Source of the DNA: an uncultured Gammaproteobacteria bacterium
Lineage (GTDB): Bacteria; Patescibacteriota; Patescibacteriia; UBA9934
NCBI GenBank assembly: GCA_964394565.1
Contig: CAYMYA010000001.1
Coordinates: 4,124-68,123 of the forward strand
DNA length: 64,000 bases
Direction: 5' to 3'
Shown piece by piece: positions 1 to 8,980 of the stretch; position 1 is the first letter of the stretch; each line of letters opens with the position of its first letter. The notes beneath the pieces are model-generated. The model worked only from the letters and a program-made list of their open reading frames with translations. It did no database searches and was not told the DNA's origin. The position numbers and the translations under genes are program-made.

Positions 1-893
1 GTTTCCACGCGGCGTTCGAGAAACGAAACAAGCTTTGCGGCAACAGGAACGCCTGTGGCCTTGCTGATACCTTCTAGTCCTGGGTTGCTATTGACTTCGA
101 TGATTTTGGGTCCATCTTTTGTGCGGAGAATATCGACACCGGCGATATCGAGCCCGAGGAGTAGAGTCGCCTTAATTGCGAGTTTCTTTTCTGCAGCAGA
201 CAGCTCGACGGTGCCAACACTACCGCCTTTGTGAAAGTTTGCACGGAACTCGCCCGGTTTTGCGGAGCGCTCCATGGAAGCGAGGATCTTTTTTCCTGCA
301 ACAAATACACGAATATCTTTCCCCTGTGCTTCCTCGATATATTCTTGAACCTTCACGAAGCCCCGTTCTTTCTTGGTGAGATAGTCGACAATTGGTGCGA
401 GTGAACGCATGGATTCTGCAATAAATACCCCAGTGCCGTGTGTACCGTAAATGCTTTTAATGATGACGGGAAACGTAAATTCCTTGACCGCACTTTCTAA
501 CATTGATGCGTCGCCAACAACATGTGTTTTTGGTACCGGGAGACCGAAGTGGTTGAGCATTTGCAGGGTGCGAATTTTATTCTTTGTACGAAATACTCCA
601 ATGTACGTATTGATGACGTAAAATCCTGCAAGTTGAAATTGTTTAATAATGGAAGCATTGACGCTTGGGTCTGCGGTAAATCCAGGGCGGACGAGAATAA
701 CATCGAAATCTTCCGGATTGATAATTTGACCTTGGTATGTGAGCGTCTTTCCGTTTCCAAAGACAAGGCTGACGTGTTTTGCATAAAGCATCTTGACGCT
801 GTGGCCGCGCTTCTTTGCTTCCGTCACAATACTTGCGGTTCCGACGGCAATATGTTCTTTTCTGGTAACGAAGCTGAGAATTCCGAGACGCAT
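1..893 (-). CDS. rimK: RimK-family ATP-grasp alpha-L-glutamate ligase (C-terminal end cut by window edge)
   Basis: Manual minus-strand translation from ATG at 893-891 gives MRLGILSFVTRKEH...KVQEYIEEAQGKDIRVFVAG...GVDILRTKDGPKIIEVNSNPGLEGISKATG. This is collinear with E. coli RimK (QEYIKEAQGCDIRCLVVG ... GVDILR..GP.V.EVN.SPGLEGIE). The frame runs off the window start, so it is absent from the ORF track. Confidence 0.8.
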   Translation of the reverse strand, partial: MRLGILSFVTRKEHIAVGTASIVTEAKKRGHSVKMLYAKHVSLVFGNGKTLTYQGQIINPEDFDVILVRPGFTADPSVNASIIKQFQLAGFYVINTYIGVFRTKNKIRTLQMLNHFGLPVPKTHVVGDASMLESAVKEFTFPVIIKSIYGTHGTGVFIAESMRSLAPIVDYLTKKERGFVKVQEYIEEAQGKDIRVFVAGKKILASMERSAKPGEFRANFHKGGSVGTVELSAAEKKLAIKATLLLGLDIAGVDILRTKDGPKIIEVNSNPGLEGISKATGVPVAAKLVSFLERRVE

Positions 894-937
894 AGAATGC
901 GGATGAATGGTGAGGGGAATGCCTTGAGGCCGAAAGT

Positions 938-1963
938 TTAGGTTCGTGCGCGGATGTCGTCAAGAATGATGTGGAGCTCCTCCGCGGTTTTTGCAGTCAT
1001 CATGCGCTCTCGGTCGGGCTTCATGTGAGAAATGCCCTTGAAATACCAGCTCATGTGTTTACGAAACGTGGTCACGGCACCTGGACCATATTGCTCGAGG
1101 TGGAGCGCGAGATGGTAGCGAACTACTGCAATACGTTCTTCCAGGCTGACGGGCGTGGGTGTTTCGCCGCGGGCAATCTGCAAGTATTCCCGGAAGATCC
1201 ACGGATTGCCTAGCGCGCCGCGGGCAATAAGTACGCCATCGCAACTGGATGTTTCGAGTGCTTGTGGAATGCGTGCGGAGGTGTGTATGTCACCATTACA
1301 TAATACCGGAATTGAAACTGCGCGCTTGACACGCCCGACCATGTCCCAATCTGCGACACCGGAATAGCCTTGGGTTTTTGTTCTGCCATGCACCGTGAGA
1401 AGATCAACCCCGGAATCTTCAAGAACTTTTGCGAAGAGTATTGCTTCCGTTGGATCGCTCCACCCCAAACGAATCTTCACAGAAAGCGGAACACGGATGA
1501 CGTTCTTGATTGCGCTCACGATGTGTGCAGCAAGTGCGGGTTCTTTCATGAGTGCTGCACCGTTGAAATTGTGCACGATTTTATAGACCGGACAGCCCAT
1601 GTTGATATCAAAACCTTCCGGGTGATGTTCATCGGTAATCATGCGAGCCGCTTCTGCCATGATTACGGGATCGCTTCCAAAAAGCTGCTGCACGAGCGGC
1701 CGTTCGTCTGCGTGTATTTCCGTCATGCCCAACGTTTTATTGTTTTTTCGCACTACTGCTTCACTCGAAACCATTTCTCGAAAAACAATTGGATACTCTC
1801 TACTCGCGCCTCCTTCTTCGTTCATTCGGAGCTTCGGAGGGACAAGCCGTACCTCGTTCTGTGTCACTGCTTTCACGACACGACAAAACGCACTATCCGT
1901 CATGTCTGCCATGGGGGAGAGCGCAATAATGGGTTTTGGGAGTGCGGACCAGTCGAGACGCAT
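938..1963 (-). CDS. dusB: tRNA-dihydrouridine synthase (Dus family)
   Basis: ORF 938..2089. The conserved Dus N-terminus IALSPMADMTDSAF begins at the internal Met (MRLDWS...), so the start is placed at 1963. The protein has a DINMGCP motif and a TIM-barrel Dus signature. Confidence 0.8.
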   Translation of the reverse strand: MRLDWSALPKPIIALSPMADMTDSAFCRVVKAVTQNEVRLVPPKLRMNEEGGASREYPIVFREMVSSEAVVRKNNKTLGMTEIHADERPLVQQLFGSDPVIMAEAARMITDEHHPEGFDINMGCPVYKIVHNFNGAALMKEPALAAHIVSAIKNVIRVPLSVKIRLGWSDPTEAILFAKVLEDSGVDLLTVHGRTKTQGYSGVADWDMVGRVKRAVSIPVLCNGDIHTSARIPQALETSSCDGVLIARGALGNPWIFREYLQIARGETPTPVSLEERIAVVRYHLALHLEQYGPGAVTTFRKHMSWYFKGISHMKPDRERMMTAKTAEELHIILDDIRART

Positions 1964-2176
1964 AGTAAAAGAAGTATACGGTATTGGGCTCAGTTCCCAC
2001 GAAGCGAGAGCGACGAGGGGTATTGGCGCTCGGGTGGCGTCGAGGGAGGCCTCCAGAGGCGCGCAGACCGACTTTGTCGGTTCGAGCACCTATGGAGTCC
2101 GAGACGACAGGATCCGTCAGTATGCTCATACCCCTCGTCGCCCGAGCGAAGCCTCTATCATGATACAATCGTGCAT

Positions 2177-2401
2177 ATGATGCAAAATATTGAATTTTCT
2201 GAGGAAGAACTGTTCGAGACGATCTGTGAAGAGGGTGTGATACAGGGTGTCGCCACGGAAGCAGCCTATGCGGAGCTCGTCGACGAAATCATCGAGGATT
2301 TGCGAAGAGAATCTGAGTTGGACGACGATCAAAATTTGCCAGGACATGCGGATCACCTCAAGTCGCGGTTTGCGGAATACATTTCACGCATAGCGGAATA
2401 A
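2177..2401 (+). CDS. hypothetical small acidic protein (74 aa)
   Basis: ATG at 2177 begins MMQNIEFSEEELFETICEEG...; the stop lies 1 nt before the beta-CASP RNase start. It is the terminal part of a long spurious ORF antisense to dusB, so coding status is uncertain. Confidence 0.3.
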   Translation: MMQNIEFSEEELFETICEEGVIQGVATEAAYAELVDEIIEDLRRESELDDDQNLPGHADHLKSRFAEYISRIAE

Positions 2402-2402
2402 T

Positions 2403-3767
2403 ATGCGGCTGACGTTTCACGGTGGCGTTGAAGACGTGACGGGGTCATGTTTTTTGCTGGAAACGTCAAAAGGAAAATTGTTAATTGATTGTGGGATGCA
2501 TCAGGGTGAACGCATGTGCTCCCAGAAAAATCTTGAGCCGTTTGGGTTCACGCCTGCACATCTGACGTCTGTCGTGGTGACGCATGCGCATTTTGATCAC
2601 ACGGGGCGCATACCGGTAGTAGTCAAAGAAGGATACACGGGAAAAATTTTCATGACGCCACCCACAAAAGCGCTCACACAAATCGTCCTTGAGGATTCCG
2701 TGCACGTCATGGCGGAGAATGCGAAAAAATGTGGTGACCCTGTACCATACGAAGCTCACGATCTCACGGCAATGTTAGAAGCAGTGGTGACGGTGCCGTA
2801 TCATCACGTTATTGAACTGTTTGATGGTGTGACGGCAGAGTTTTTTGATGCGGGGCATATTTTAGGGTCGTCGTTTGTACGTGTGATCGCGACTGACGGT
2901 ATGGAAACAAAATCATTTATTTTTAGTGGCGATATTGGGAATGATGACGTGCCGATTTTGCCCGCCACGGAAGATCGTCCTGCAACGGATTTTGTGGTGT
3001 GCGAAGCCACATATGGCGGAGGAGAGCATGAACCGACGAGCATGCGCGAAGCAAAGCTTGGGGAGTTTGTGAAAAAGATTATTGGTCGCGGCGGAACGGT
3101 ATTGTTGCCAGCATTTTCTGTGGAGCGAACCCAGGAAATTTTATTCGCTTTGGATCAATTACTTCAGCGTGGCGAAATTCCGCACGTGCCGATGTATTTG
3201 GACAGTCCACTCGCGATTAAAGCGACGACGGTATACAGGCATTTTCATGAGTATTTATCGTTTGAACATCCCGCTGCACCCGGGAAGGACGACGACTGGT
3301 TTCGGTTTCCAACATTGACGGAAACGTTATCTGTCGACGCCTCAAAACACATTAACGAAGATCGGCGGCCGAAAGTTATCATTGCGGGAAATGGCATGAT
3401 GACGGGTGGGAGAATTATGCATCATTTGGCGCAGTATGTTGACGACGAAAGATCGGGGATTCTTATTGTGGGCTATCAGGCAAAATACACACTCGGAAAG
3501 ACGATTCAAGGTGGTGCAAAAGAGATTAGGATTTTTGGTGATACGCGAAGTGTTCGGGCAACTGTTGAAACAATTGATGCCTTTTCAGCACACGGGGATC
3601 AGAAAAAGCTCACGCGGTTTATTCGCGGCACGGGGGCGTTGCCAGAAACGGTGTTTTTAGTGCACGGCGAAACGGAAACGAAAGAACAATTTGCTGAACA
3701 TTTGCGCGTGGTGTTGGGCGTGACGGTTGACATTCCACATGTTGAACAGACCTATGAGATTCTCTAA
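2403..3767 (+). CDS. MBL-fold metallo-hydrolase, beta-CASP family RNA-metabolising enzyme (RNase J / CPSF-like)
   Basis: 454 aa with the HAHFDHTG (HxHxDH) metal motif, a beta-CASP region and a C-terminal RNA-specificity domain (FSAHGDQ). Confidence 0.85.
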   Translation: MRLTFHGGVEDVTGSCFLLETSKGKLLIDCGMHQGERMCSQKNLEPFGFTPAHLTSVVVTHAHFDHTGRIPVVVKEGYTGKIFMTPPTKALTQIVLEDSVHVMAENAKKCGDPVPYEAHDLTAMLEAVVTVPYHHVIELFDGVTAEFFDAGHILGSSFVRVIATDGMETKSFIFSGDIGNDDVPILPATEDRPATDFVVCEATYGGGEHEPTSMREAKLGEFVKKIIGRGGTVLLPAFSVERTQEILFALDQLLQRGEIPHVPMYLDSPLAIKATTVYRHFHEYLSFEHPAAPGKDDDWFRFPTLTETLSVDASKHINEDRRPKVIIAGNGMMTGGRIMHHLAQYVDDERSGILIVGYQAKYTLGKTIQGGAKEIRIFGDTRSVRATVETIDAFSAHGDQKKLTRFIRGTGALPETVFLVHGETETKEQFAEHLRVVLGVTVDIPHVEQTYEIL

Positions 3768-4341
3768 GATTGTTCTGGTGACGGGAATCGGGGTTCTCTC
3801 ATATGCGCTTGTCATCGGGCGACATTTTGAGACAACGTGGGCTGGGGGAATGGGATATCGACCACACACGGTGGTGGTGACGGTAGCGGATGAGAAAACG
3901 ATTGACGTTGCGTGCGATCTTGTTGATCCGACTCGAGAGAATATCATCACGTGTTCTGGACAACGAAAAAAAATCACCTTTGGTACTTCTACAATTTGGC
4001 TAGACGAACATACACAACTTGTGGTGACTGAACATAGAGAAGGGTCTGAAGCCCTGACGTTTTACGGTGGGAGAATTGTGGTACAGGGACCAACGGTGCT
4101 TCATGTACGTGATCTTGTGTTTCGTGTGACAGATCGTGCAAGCCTCGTGAATTTCGGCTGGCTCTCAAAACTTGATGTGCACGCTATTTCTGGTGACGTC
4201 ACCGAAGCATCAACAGTCGTTCCTTCCGGAACAGCAGCACGGTTTGATACCCTCGTACCATATGACGACACGGAAGAGATCGCGACGAACTTTGCTGATT
4301 CGAGCGCCGCGGCGTTCTACGCGTGGGTTGAAAGTCACTAA
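3754..4341 (+). CDS. membrane-anchored hypothetical protein with FecR-like domain
   Basis: The ORF has an N-terminal TM helix (IVLVTGIGVLSYALVIG) followed by a FecR-like beta-rich segment. Start is chosen at MRFSKIV; alternative ATGs lie at 3727 and 3739. Confidence 0.4.
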   Translation: MRFSKIVLVTGIGVLSYALVIGRHFETTWAGGMGYRPHTVVVTVADEKTIDVACDLVDPTRENIITCSGQRKKITFGTSTIWLDEHTQLVVTEHREGSEALTFYGGRIVVQGPTVLHVRDLVFRVTDRASLVNFGWLSKLDVHAISGDVTEASTVVPSGTAARFDTLVPYDDTEEIATNFADSSAAAFYAWVESH

Positions 4342-5239
4342 GTTTCACGCAATTGTTTTTGCATGGTTCAAGAAAAACGGTCGTGATCTGCCGTGGCGAA
4401 GAACGAATGATCCATATGCGATTGCACTTTCGGAAATTATGTTGCAACAGACGCAGGTCGATCGCGTGATTCCAAAATGGCGCGCATTTTTGGAGGCATT
4501 TCCCACGTGGAAGGATCTTGCAGAGGCGAAAACGTCGGATGTGCTCCGGTTATGGAAGGGGCTCGGCTACAACCGTCGTGCCGTCATGGTACATCGACTC
4601 GCGAAAGCAGTTGTCGATCAGGACGGGGAATTGCCGAACGATATTGCTGCAATGAAAAAGCTTCCGGGAATCGGTGAATACACCGCGAATGCGGTTGCTG
4701 CGTTTGCATTTTGTAATGCTGATGCCGCTCCCGTCGACACGAATATCATCCGGATTCTTCGGCGCGTATTCCCGCGCCATCGTTCTGATCCAAAATCGAT
4801 GCAGCAGCTAGCACGTCAAATTTCTCCGGGAAGGGTTTACGCAAATGATTCCCGATCGGGAAAGATATGCGTAAGTTCCGATTGGAATGTGTGGACGTGG
4901 AACCACGCATTGATGGATATCGGTGCGCTGCATTGTTCATCGCGGGGCCATGTATGGGGGCTGTGTCCGCTCGCGCCGTTGCACGGGTCGAAGGAGAAGG
5001 CAGAGGAACAAGGGTCTCCGATGATGAAGCGTGTGAAATTTGAAGACACAGACCGGTATTTCCGCGGGCGAATTGTCGATCAACTGCGTGAAGGGCCGAT
5101 GACGCTGAAGGCGTTGCGAGCACTTCCAGTTTTTGATCGTCTCAACGACGAACATTTTGCGACGCTTGTGAAAAGGGTTGTGCACGATGGTGTCGCGGAA
5201 GTACACAAAAATAAGGTATTCTTGAGCGGTGATGGGTAA
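4328..5239 (+). CDS. mutY: A/G-specific adenine DNA glycosylase (MutY / HhH-GPD family)
   Basis: LPWRRTNDPYAIALSEIMLQQTQVDRVIPKWRAFLEAFPT matches the MutY N-terminal helix-hairpin-helix region. A TTG start at 4328 is proposed because the upstream part of ORF 4172.. overlaps the previous gene and has no homology. Confidence 0.7.
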   Translation: MKVTKFHAIVFAWFKKNGRDLPWRRTNDPYAIALSEIMLQQTQVDRVIPKWRAFLEAFPTWKDLAEAKTSDVLRLWKGLGYNRRAVMVHRLAKAVVDQDGELPNDIAAMKKLPGIGEYTANAVAAFAFCNADAAPVDTNIIRILRRVFPRHRSDPKSMQQLARQISPGRVYANDSRSGKICVSSDWNVWTWNHALMDIGALHCSSRGHVWGLCPLAPLHGSKEKAEEQGSPMMKRVKFEDTDRYFRGRIVDQLREGPMTLKALRALPVFDRLNDEHFATLVKRVVHDGVAEVHKNKVFLSGDG

Positions 5240-5302
5240 TGTTAATGCTAAGCTTTGACTTTTTCGTTATGTTGAGTACGGCGAAGACTCTTAAATCGTC
5301 AT

Positions 5303-5605
5303 ATGAACATCAATAAAAAACGAGTGTGGTATGCATTGGGTATTGGGTTCTTTGTTTCGCTCCCGATTCTGTATGTATATCTCGTTGGCGAAGTTCCGGA
5401 GGATACGATAATGGATACGTTAGCGGGCGTACTTATGACCCCGGCGATGCTGCTTGCGATGCCACTGCTCTTCCTTGCACCGTTCTTTGAAAATCCTGAC
5501 TGGTACGTGCTCGGAGTATTTTTTTACATTATTCCTTTTCTGAGCGTTACGATGTACGCTCTGCTTGGATACGCAGGACTCGCGCTGACCGCAAAAAAGA
5601 AATAA
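5303..5605 (+). CDS. small integral membrane protein (hypothetical)
   Basis: 100 aa with three hydrophobic segments. Confidence 0.5.
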   Translation: MNINKKRVWYALGIGFFVSLPILYVYLVGEVPEDTIMDTLAGVLMTPAMLLAMPLLFLAPFFENPDWYVLGVFFYIIPFLSVTMYALLGYAGLALTAKKK

Positions 5606-5607
5606 TT

Positions 5608-5895
5608 ATGGCACTCTTAGAATTTTACGGTGACACATGCCCGCACTGTATTGAGATGAATCCGATGGTGGAGAAAGTTGAGAAGGATCTTGGGGTGACG
5701 ATTGAGAAGCTCGAGGTATGGAATAATGAGGAGAATGCGAAGCGCCTCGAAGGTATCGACAACGGACTGTGTGGCGGTGTGCCGTTTTTCTATAATGAGG
5801 AAACGAAAACGTTTATCTGTGGATCGAGTGATGAAGAAACCGTGACGCGTTGGGCAAAAGGTGAGAAGGGTGAAGGAATCGGCGGAGGAGAGTAA
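5608..5895 (+). CDS. thioredoxin/glutaredoxin-like protein
   Basis: CPHC redox motif near the N-terminus (EFYGDTCPHCIEM) and a small thioredoxin-like fold length. Confidence 0.6.
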   Translation: MALLEFYGDTCPHCIEMNPMVEKVEKDLGVTIEKLEVWNNEENAKRLEGIDNGLCGGVPFFYNEETKTFICGSSDEETVTRWAKGEKGEGIGGGE

Positions 5896-5897
5896 TT

Positions 5898-6218
5898 ATG
5901 ACATTGCGCACATCGATGGTAAAAACACCAAAGCCCCTGGGAGGGCTTTTGGTTGTTTTGTCGATGATGGTGTTGAGTGGCGCTGGCTGTACGACGGTGC
6001 AAAATGCAGAATCGAGCATCGCGACGGCAACCGTCATGATTCAAGAGAAAACTTCTGCGCTTCAAGCTGCCATCGAGAGTGCTCAAGCGACGTACGAAAA
6101 GGCGAAGGCGATGTACGAGATTCTGAATCCGCCAACTGAAGCAGATCCTACTCCATCCGCTCCACCCACCGAGGATCAACCGCAACCTGCAACTGAAGAA
6201 AATACTTCTTCCCAGTAA
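5898..6218 (+). CDS. putative lipoprotein (hypothetical)
   Basis: Signal peptide with lipobox LSGAGC, a GGAGGAG RBS and a low-complexity Pro/Thr/Glu tail; the 3' end overlaps era convergently. Confidence 0.55.
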   Translation: MTLRTSMVKTPKPLGGLLVVLSMMVLSGAGCTTVQNAESSIATATVMIQEKTSALQAAIESAQATYEKAKAMYEILNPPTEADPTPSAPPTEDQPQPATEENTSSQ

Positions 6219-7002
6219 CCGCCTCGAGTTCTCGGCGTGTGGACTGGCCAATTTCCTTAATGCCTCGCCCGCCCGCTCCAATGATCATCGGCTTGTAGCG
6301 TTCGGAGTGCGTAAAAATTGTTGCGTCGACGAATACCGTGCCGTTCTCTTGAATATCGATACTATTCACCTCAACGTGCGTTGAGTATGGCACTTCTTCA
6401 CGTAAGCGGAGGAAAAGTTTTTCGCGAATCAATTCCGCGAGCCACTCCTCATTGCCCATGCTTGTCAGCTGAAATTCAGGATACAAGAATTCGCCTTCAG
6501 GCATCTGTTCCCAAATCCACTTCTCCAGAAGATCCGTGTTTTTCGCAGTCATCGCCGATACCTCCACGTATGCATCGAACTTTTCGCCAAGATCGCGGTA
6601 ATACTCAACGAAATTCTTAGACGCTTTGTCGTCCATTTTGTTGATGACGAGCAGTTTAGGAATCGTAATCTTTTCCACGAGACGGAATGCCTGTTTCTCT
6701 TCGTCACCAATCGGTCGCGTCGGGTCGACGACATACAGCACTGCGTTCACGTCGCGGAGGGAGTCCTTGGCATATGCGTTGAGCTTGTTCGTGAGCGTGT
6801 CGCGAGCCTTCTGCATAATTCCCGGCGTATCCACAAACACCACCTGCCCCTGCGGGCGCGTGATGATTCCTTGGATTGGCCGACGTGTGGTTTGCGGCTT
6901 TGGCGTAGTAATCGCAACTTTTGTTCCAACTAACGTGTTGATGAGCGTGGATTTCCCGACGTTACTTCGTCCCACAATCGCAACCATTCCTGACTTTGGC
7001 AT
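6148..7002 (-). CDS. era: GTPase Era
   Basis: MPKSGMVAIVGRSNVGKSTLIN (G1), DTPG (G3), NKMD (G4) and a C-terminal KH domain are present. The start is placed at the Met aligning with the E. coli Era N-terminus. Confidence 0.9.
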   Translation of the reverse strand: MPKSGMVAIVGRSNVGKSTLINTLVGTKVAITTPKPQTTRRPIQGIITRPQGQVVFVDTPGIMQKARDTLTNKLNAYAKDSLRDVNAVLYVVDPTRPIGDEEKQAFRLVEKITIPKLLVINKMDDKASKNFVEYYRDLGEKFDAYVEVSAMTAKNTDLLEKWIWEQMPEGEFLYPEFQLTSMGNEEWLAELIREKLFLRLREEVPYSTHVEVNSIDIQENGTVFVDATIFTHSERYKPMIIGAGGRGIKEIGQSTRRELEAVTGKKYFLQLQVAVDPRWVERME

Positions 7003-7084
7003 AGGTGATCTTCTGTTCGTCATCCCCGCGAGGCGGAGATCCAGTGAATCCGCTGAAACAGAAACAAAGAATAATGCGCGAAGA

Positions 7085-8320
7085 TTAGCGGGAAAAGCCG
7101 TTCTCGTCAACCGTCTCTATACTCGTCGTTGTTTTATCACCCTTCTTCACTAGCGCTGCCACAAGCTCGACGTGTGGGGTGTGGGGGAACATGTCCACGG
7201 CGCGGATGGCGTCGACGTTGTAGTGTTCGGAGAGCTGAACCATTTCGCGGGCGAAGTTTTTGTAGTTGCAAGAGATGTAGACGATGCGTTCGGGCTTGGC
7301 TGCGACCACGTCGGCGAGCGCTTTGTCGTGCATGCCGGAACGGGGAGGGTCGAGAATAACCACATCCGCGCCGAGTTTCATCCAATCGAAGTTTTCGGTT
7401 TTTGCATCGTGGAAATCGACCGTCACGTCGTTCAGCTCAGCGTTTACCCGAGCGTCCTTGATCGCATCAGCGACGAGTTCGACACCAATCGTCTTCTTTG
7501 CTTCACCGGCAAGCGCGATGCCAAAGAATCCTGTGCCGCAGTACAAATCGAGCAATGTCTTCTCCGTGAGATCGCCCGCAAACTCGCGTACCGTCGAAAG
7601 TAACATCGGTGCGGCGTACGAATTCGTTTGGAAGAATGCGTTTGGAGAAATGCGGAACCGCACGCCCTCGACGGTTTCTTCAATTGTTCCCGGACCGTCA
7701 ATCACGCGCAGCTCGTCGCCAAACGAAAGATCAGAGATGGTGTGATTGATCGACCACACCACCGTGGTGGCGCTGGCTTTCTTTGCGAGGTCGCGTAACG
7801 CGCGTTCGATTTGTGCGGTGTCATTGTTAAAGTCCACGAGTGTTGCTTCATTCTTTTCGCCGAGCTGATTCTCTCCGTTTGGCGCACTCGTCACGATGAT
7901 GATCATCGTTTCGCCCGTCGACGTTGCGCGGATGACGGCGTACCGCAGGGTGCCGATGTTCGATTTTCGATCGAAAAAGGAAAGTCCAGATTCCTTTACC
8001 CATGTTCGAACAATTGGAAAAAGTGCCTCGATCTTTTCGTCGCCTAAGAAACACGGGTGATCGTCGATCACTTTCCACCATTTTCCTTTTTCGCGCAGTC
8101 CCACTTCGCCTTGAAAGTTGATCACGAAATCCATGCGGTTGCGGTAATGTTCCGTTTTCGGGGCCGGAAACATTTCCTCAACACGTAGATCAAGTTTTTT
8201 GATTGCGAACGACCCGTTGATTTCGGAAAGTTTTTGCTGCAGTTGTTTTTCGTACGGGATATGGCTCCACCCACAAGAACCGCAGACGTCAGGGTTTGGG
8301 CACGGGGAAATATTGGTCAT
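7085..8320 (-). CDS. rlmD: 23S rRNA (uracil-5-)-methyltransferase RumA/RlmD-like (TrmA family)
   Basis: N-terminal Cys cluster CPNPDVCGSCGW (4Fe-4S), the SAM motif LDLYCGTGFFG and a catalytic C-terminus. The start at MTNISPC (8320) is chosen over the upstream extension. Confidence 0.8.
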   Translation of the reverse strand: MTNISPCPNPDVCGSCGWSHIPYEKQLQQKLSEINGSFAIKKLDLRVEEMFPAPKTEHYRNRMDFVINFQGEVGLREKGKWWKVIDDHPCFLGDEKIEALFPIVRTWVKESGLSFFDRKSNIGTLRYAVIRATSTGETMIIIVTSAPNGENQLGEKNEATLVDFNNDTAQIERALRDLAKKASATTVVWSINHTISDLSFGDELRVIDGPGTIEETVEGVRFRISPNAFFQTNSYAAPMLLSTVREFAGDLTEKTLLDLYCGTGFFGIALAGEAKKTIGVELVADAIKDARVNAELNDVTVDFHDAKTENFDWMKLGADVVILDPPRSGMHDKALADVVAAKPERIVYISCNYKNFAREMVQLSEHYNVDAIRAVDMFPHTPHVELVAALVKKGDKTTTSIETVDENGFSR

Positions 8321-8380
8321 ATTGGCGCGAAGTGTAGCGGTTTTTGCTCCAATGTGCAATATTTGGCATACTCTTGACGC

Positions 8381-8833
8381 ATGATTGTTCTCGCGCACAA
8401 TATTCGGAGCCTCCATAATGTTGGATCGATTCTTCGGAATGCTGCAGCGTTTGGAGTGGAAAAGGTGTATTTCACTGGATTTACCGGTGTTCCACCACGG
8501 AAGGATATCGCGAAGGTTTCCTTGGGTGCAGAAGATCTTGTGCCATGGGAAGCGGGGGAGATTCATGAGGTCATTGCCACGGTGAAAGCGCATGGGTACG
8601 CCGTGTTGGGGCTCGAGACTGGGCCGGACGCAATGCGCATTGAGGAGATTGTGCGTGCGGGATCTGTGAGAAAGATTGCACTTGTGCTTGGGAATGAAGT
8701 TGACGGAATCGATGCGGATACTCGTGTTATGCTAGATGGGCTTGTGATGATCCCGATGGAGAAAAAACAGTCCTTAAACGTTTCAGTGGCCAGTGGCGTT
8801 GCCATGTACGCGTTGAAATATTTGCACCTGTAG
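8381..8833 (+). CDS. SpoU/TrmH-family (SPOUT) RNA 2'-O-methyltransferase
   Basis: 150 aa with a SPOUT knot signature (LVLGNEVDGI ... LNVSVASGVAMY). Confidence 0.8.
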   Translation: MIVLAHNIRSLHNVGSILRNAAAFGVEKVYFTGFTGVPPRKDIAKVSLGAEDLVPWEAGEIHEVIATVKAHGYAVLGLETGPDAMRIEEIVRAGSVRKIALVLGNEVDGIDADTRVMLDGLVMIPMEKKQSLNVSVASGVAMYALKYLHL

Positions 8834-8900
8834 CTTAGCTGGATAAAGCGCCTCCCTCCGAAGGAGGAGATCGTGCGTTCGAATCGCGCCAGGTGCACCA
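8824..8900 (+). tRNA. tRNA-Arg (anticodon CCG)
   Basis: Hand-folded cloverleaf: 7-bp acceptor GCACCTG/CAGGTGC, D stem GCTT/AAGC, anticodon stem CCTCC/GGAGG with loop CTCCGAA (U33, CCG, A37), T arm GTGCG-TTCGAAT-CGCGC, and an encoded CCA. It overlaps the last 10 nt of the SpoU ORF. Confidence 0.9.
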
Positions 8901-8968
8901 GAGAACTTTCTTATTTTGTCGATTTTGCCTTGTGCCATCCCAAACTCGCCGAAAATAAGAAAGTTCTC
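8901..8968 (+). repeat. perfect 17-bp inverted repeat (GAGAACTTTCTTATTTT ... AAAATAAGAAAGTTCTC) with a 34-nt loop, abutting the tRNA 3' end
   Basis: Read directly: arms at 8901-8917 and 8952-8968. Confidence 0.6.
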
Positions 8969-8980
8969 TACAGTACTCTT

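Noticed and set aside
522-963. + strand 139-aa ORF and several short minus-strand ORFs in other frames
   Set aside because: They lie inside or antisense to the rimK coding frame, which is recovered by manual translation as one continuous frame to the window edge. They are frame artefacts.
938-2089. Full 383-aa extent of the dusB ORF
   Set aside because: The first 42 codons (MLEPTKSV...) precede the conserved Dus N-terminus and overlap the upstream small-ORF region. The start was moved to the internal Met at 1963.
1370-2401. 343-aa + strand ORF
   Set aside because: It is entirely antisense to the well-supported dusB gene, has no motifs and has a Cys/His/Arg-rich composition typical of antisense artefacts. 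Only its last 74 codons (2177-2401) are kept, as a low-confidence small ORF.
4172-4327. N-terminal extension of the mutY ORF (MMCTLFLVTSPKHQQ...)
   Set aside because: It overlaps the preceding gene by about 170 nt and has no similarity to MutY N-termini. The TTG at 4328 gives a canonical-length N-terminus.
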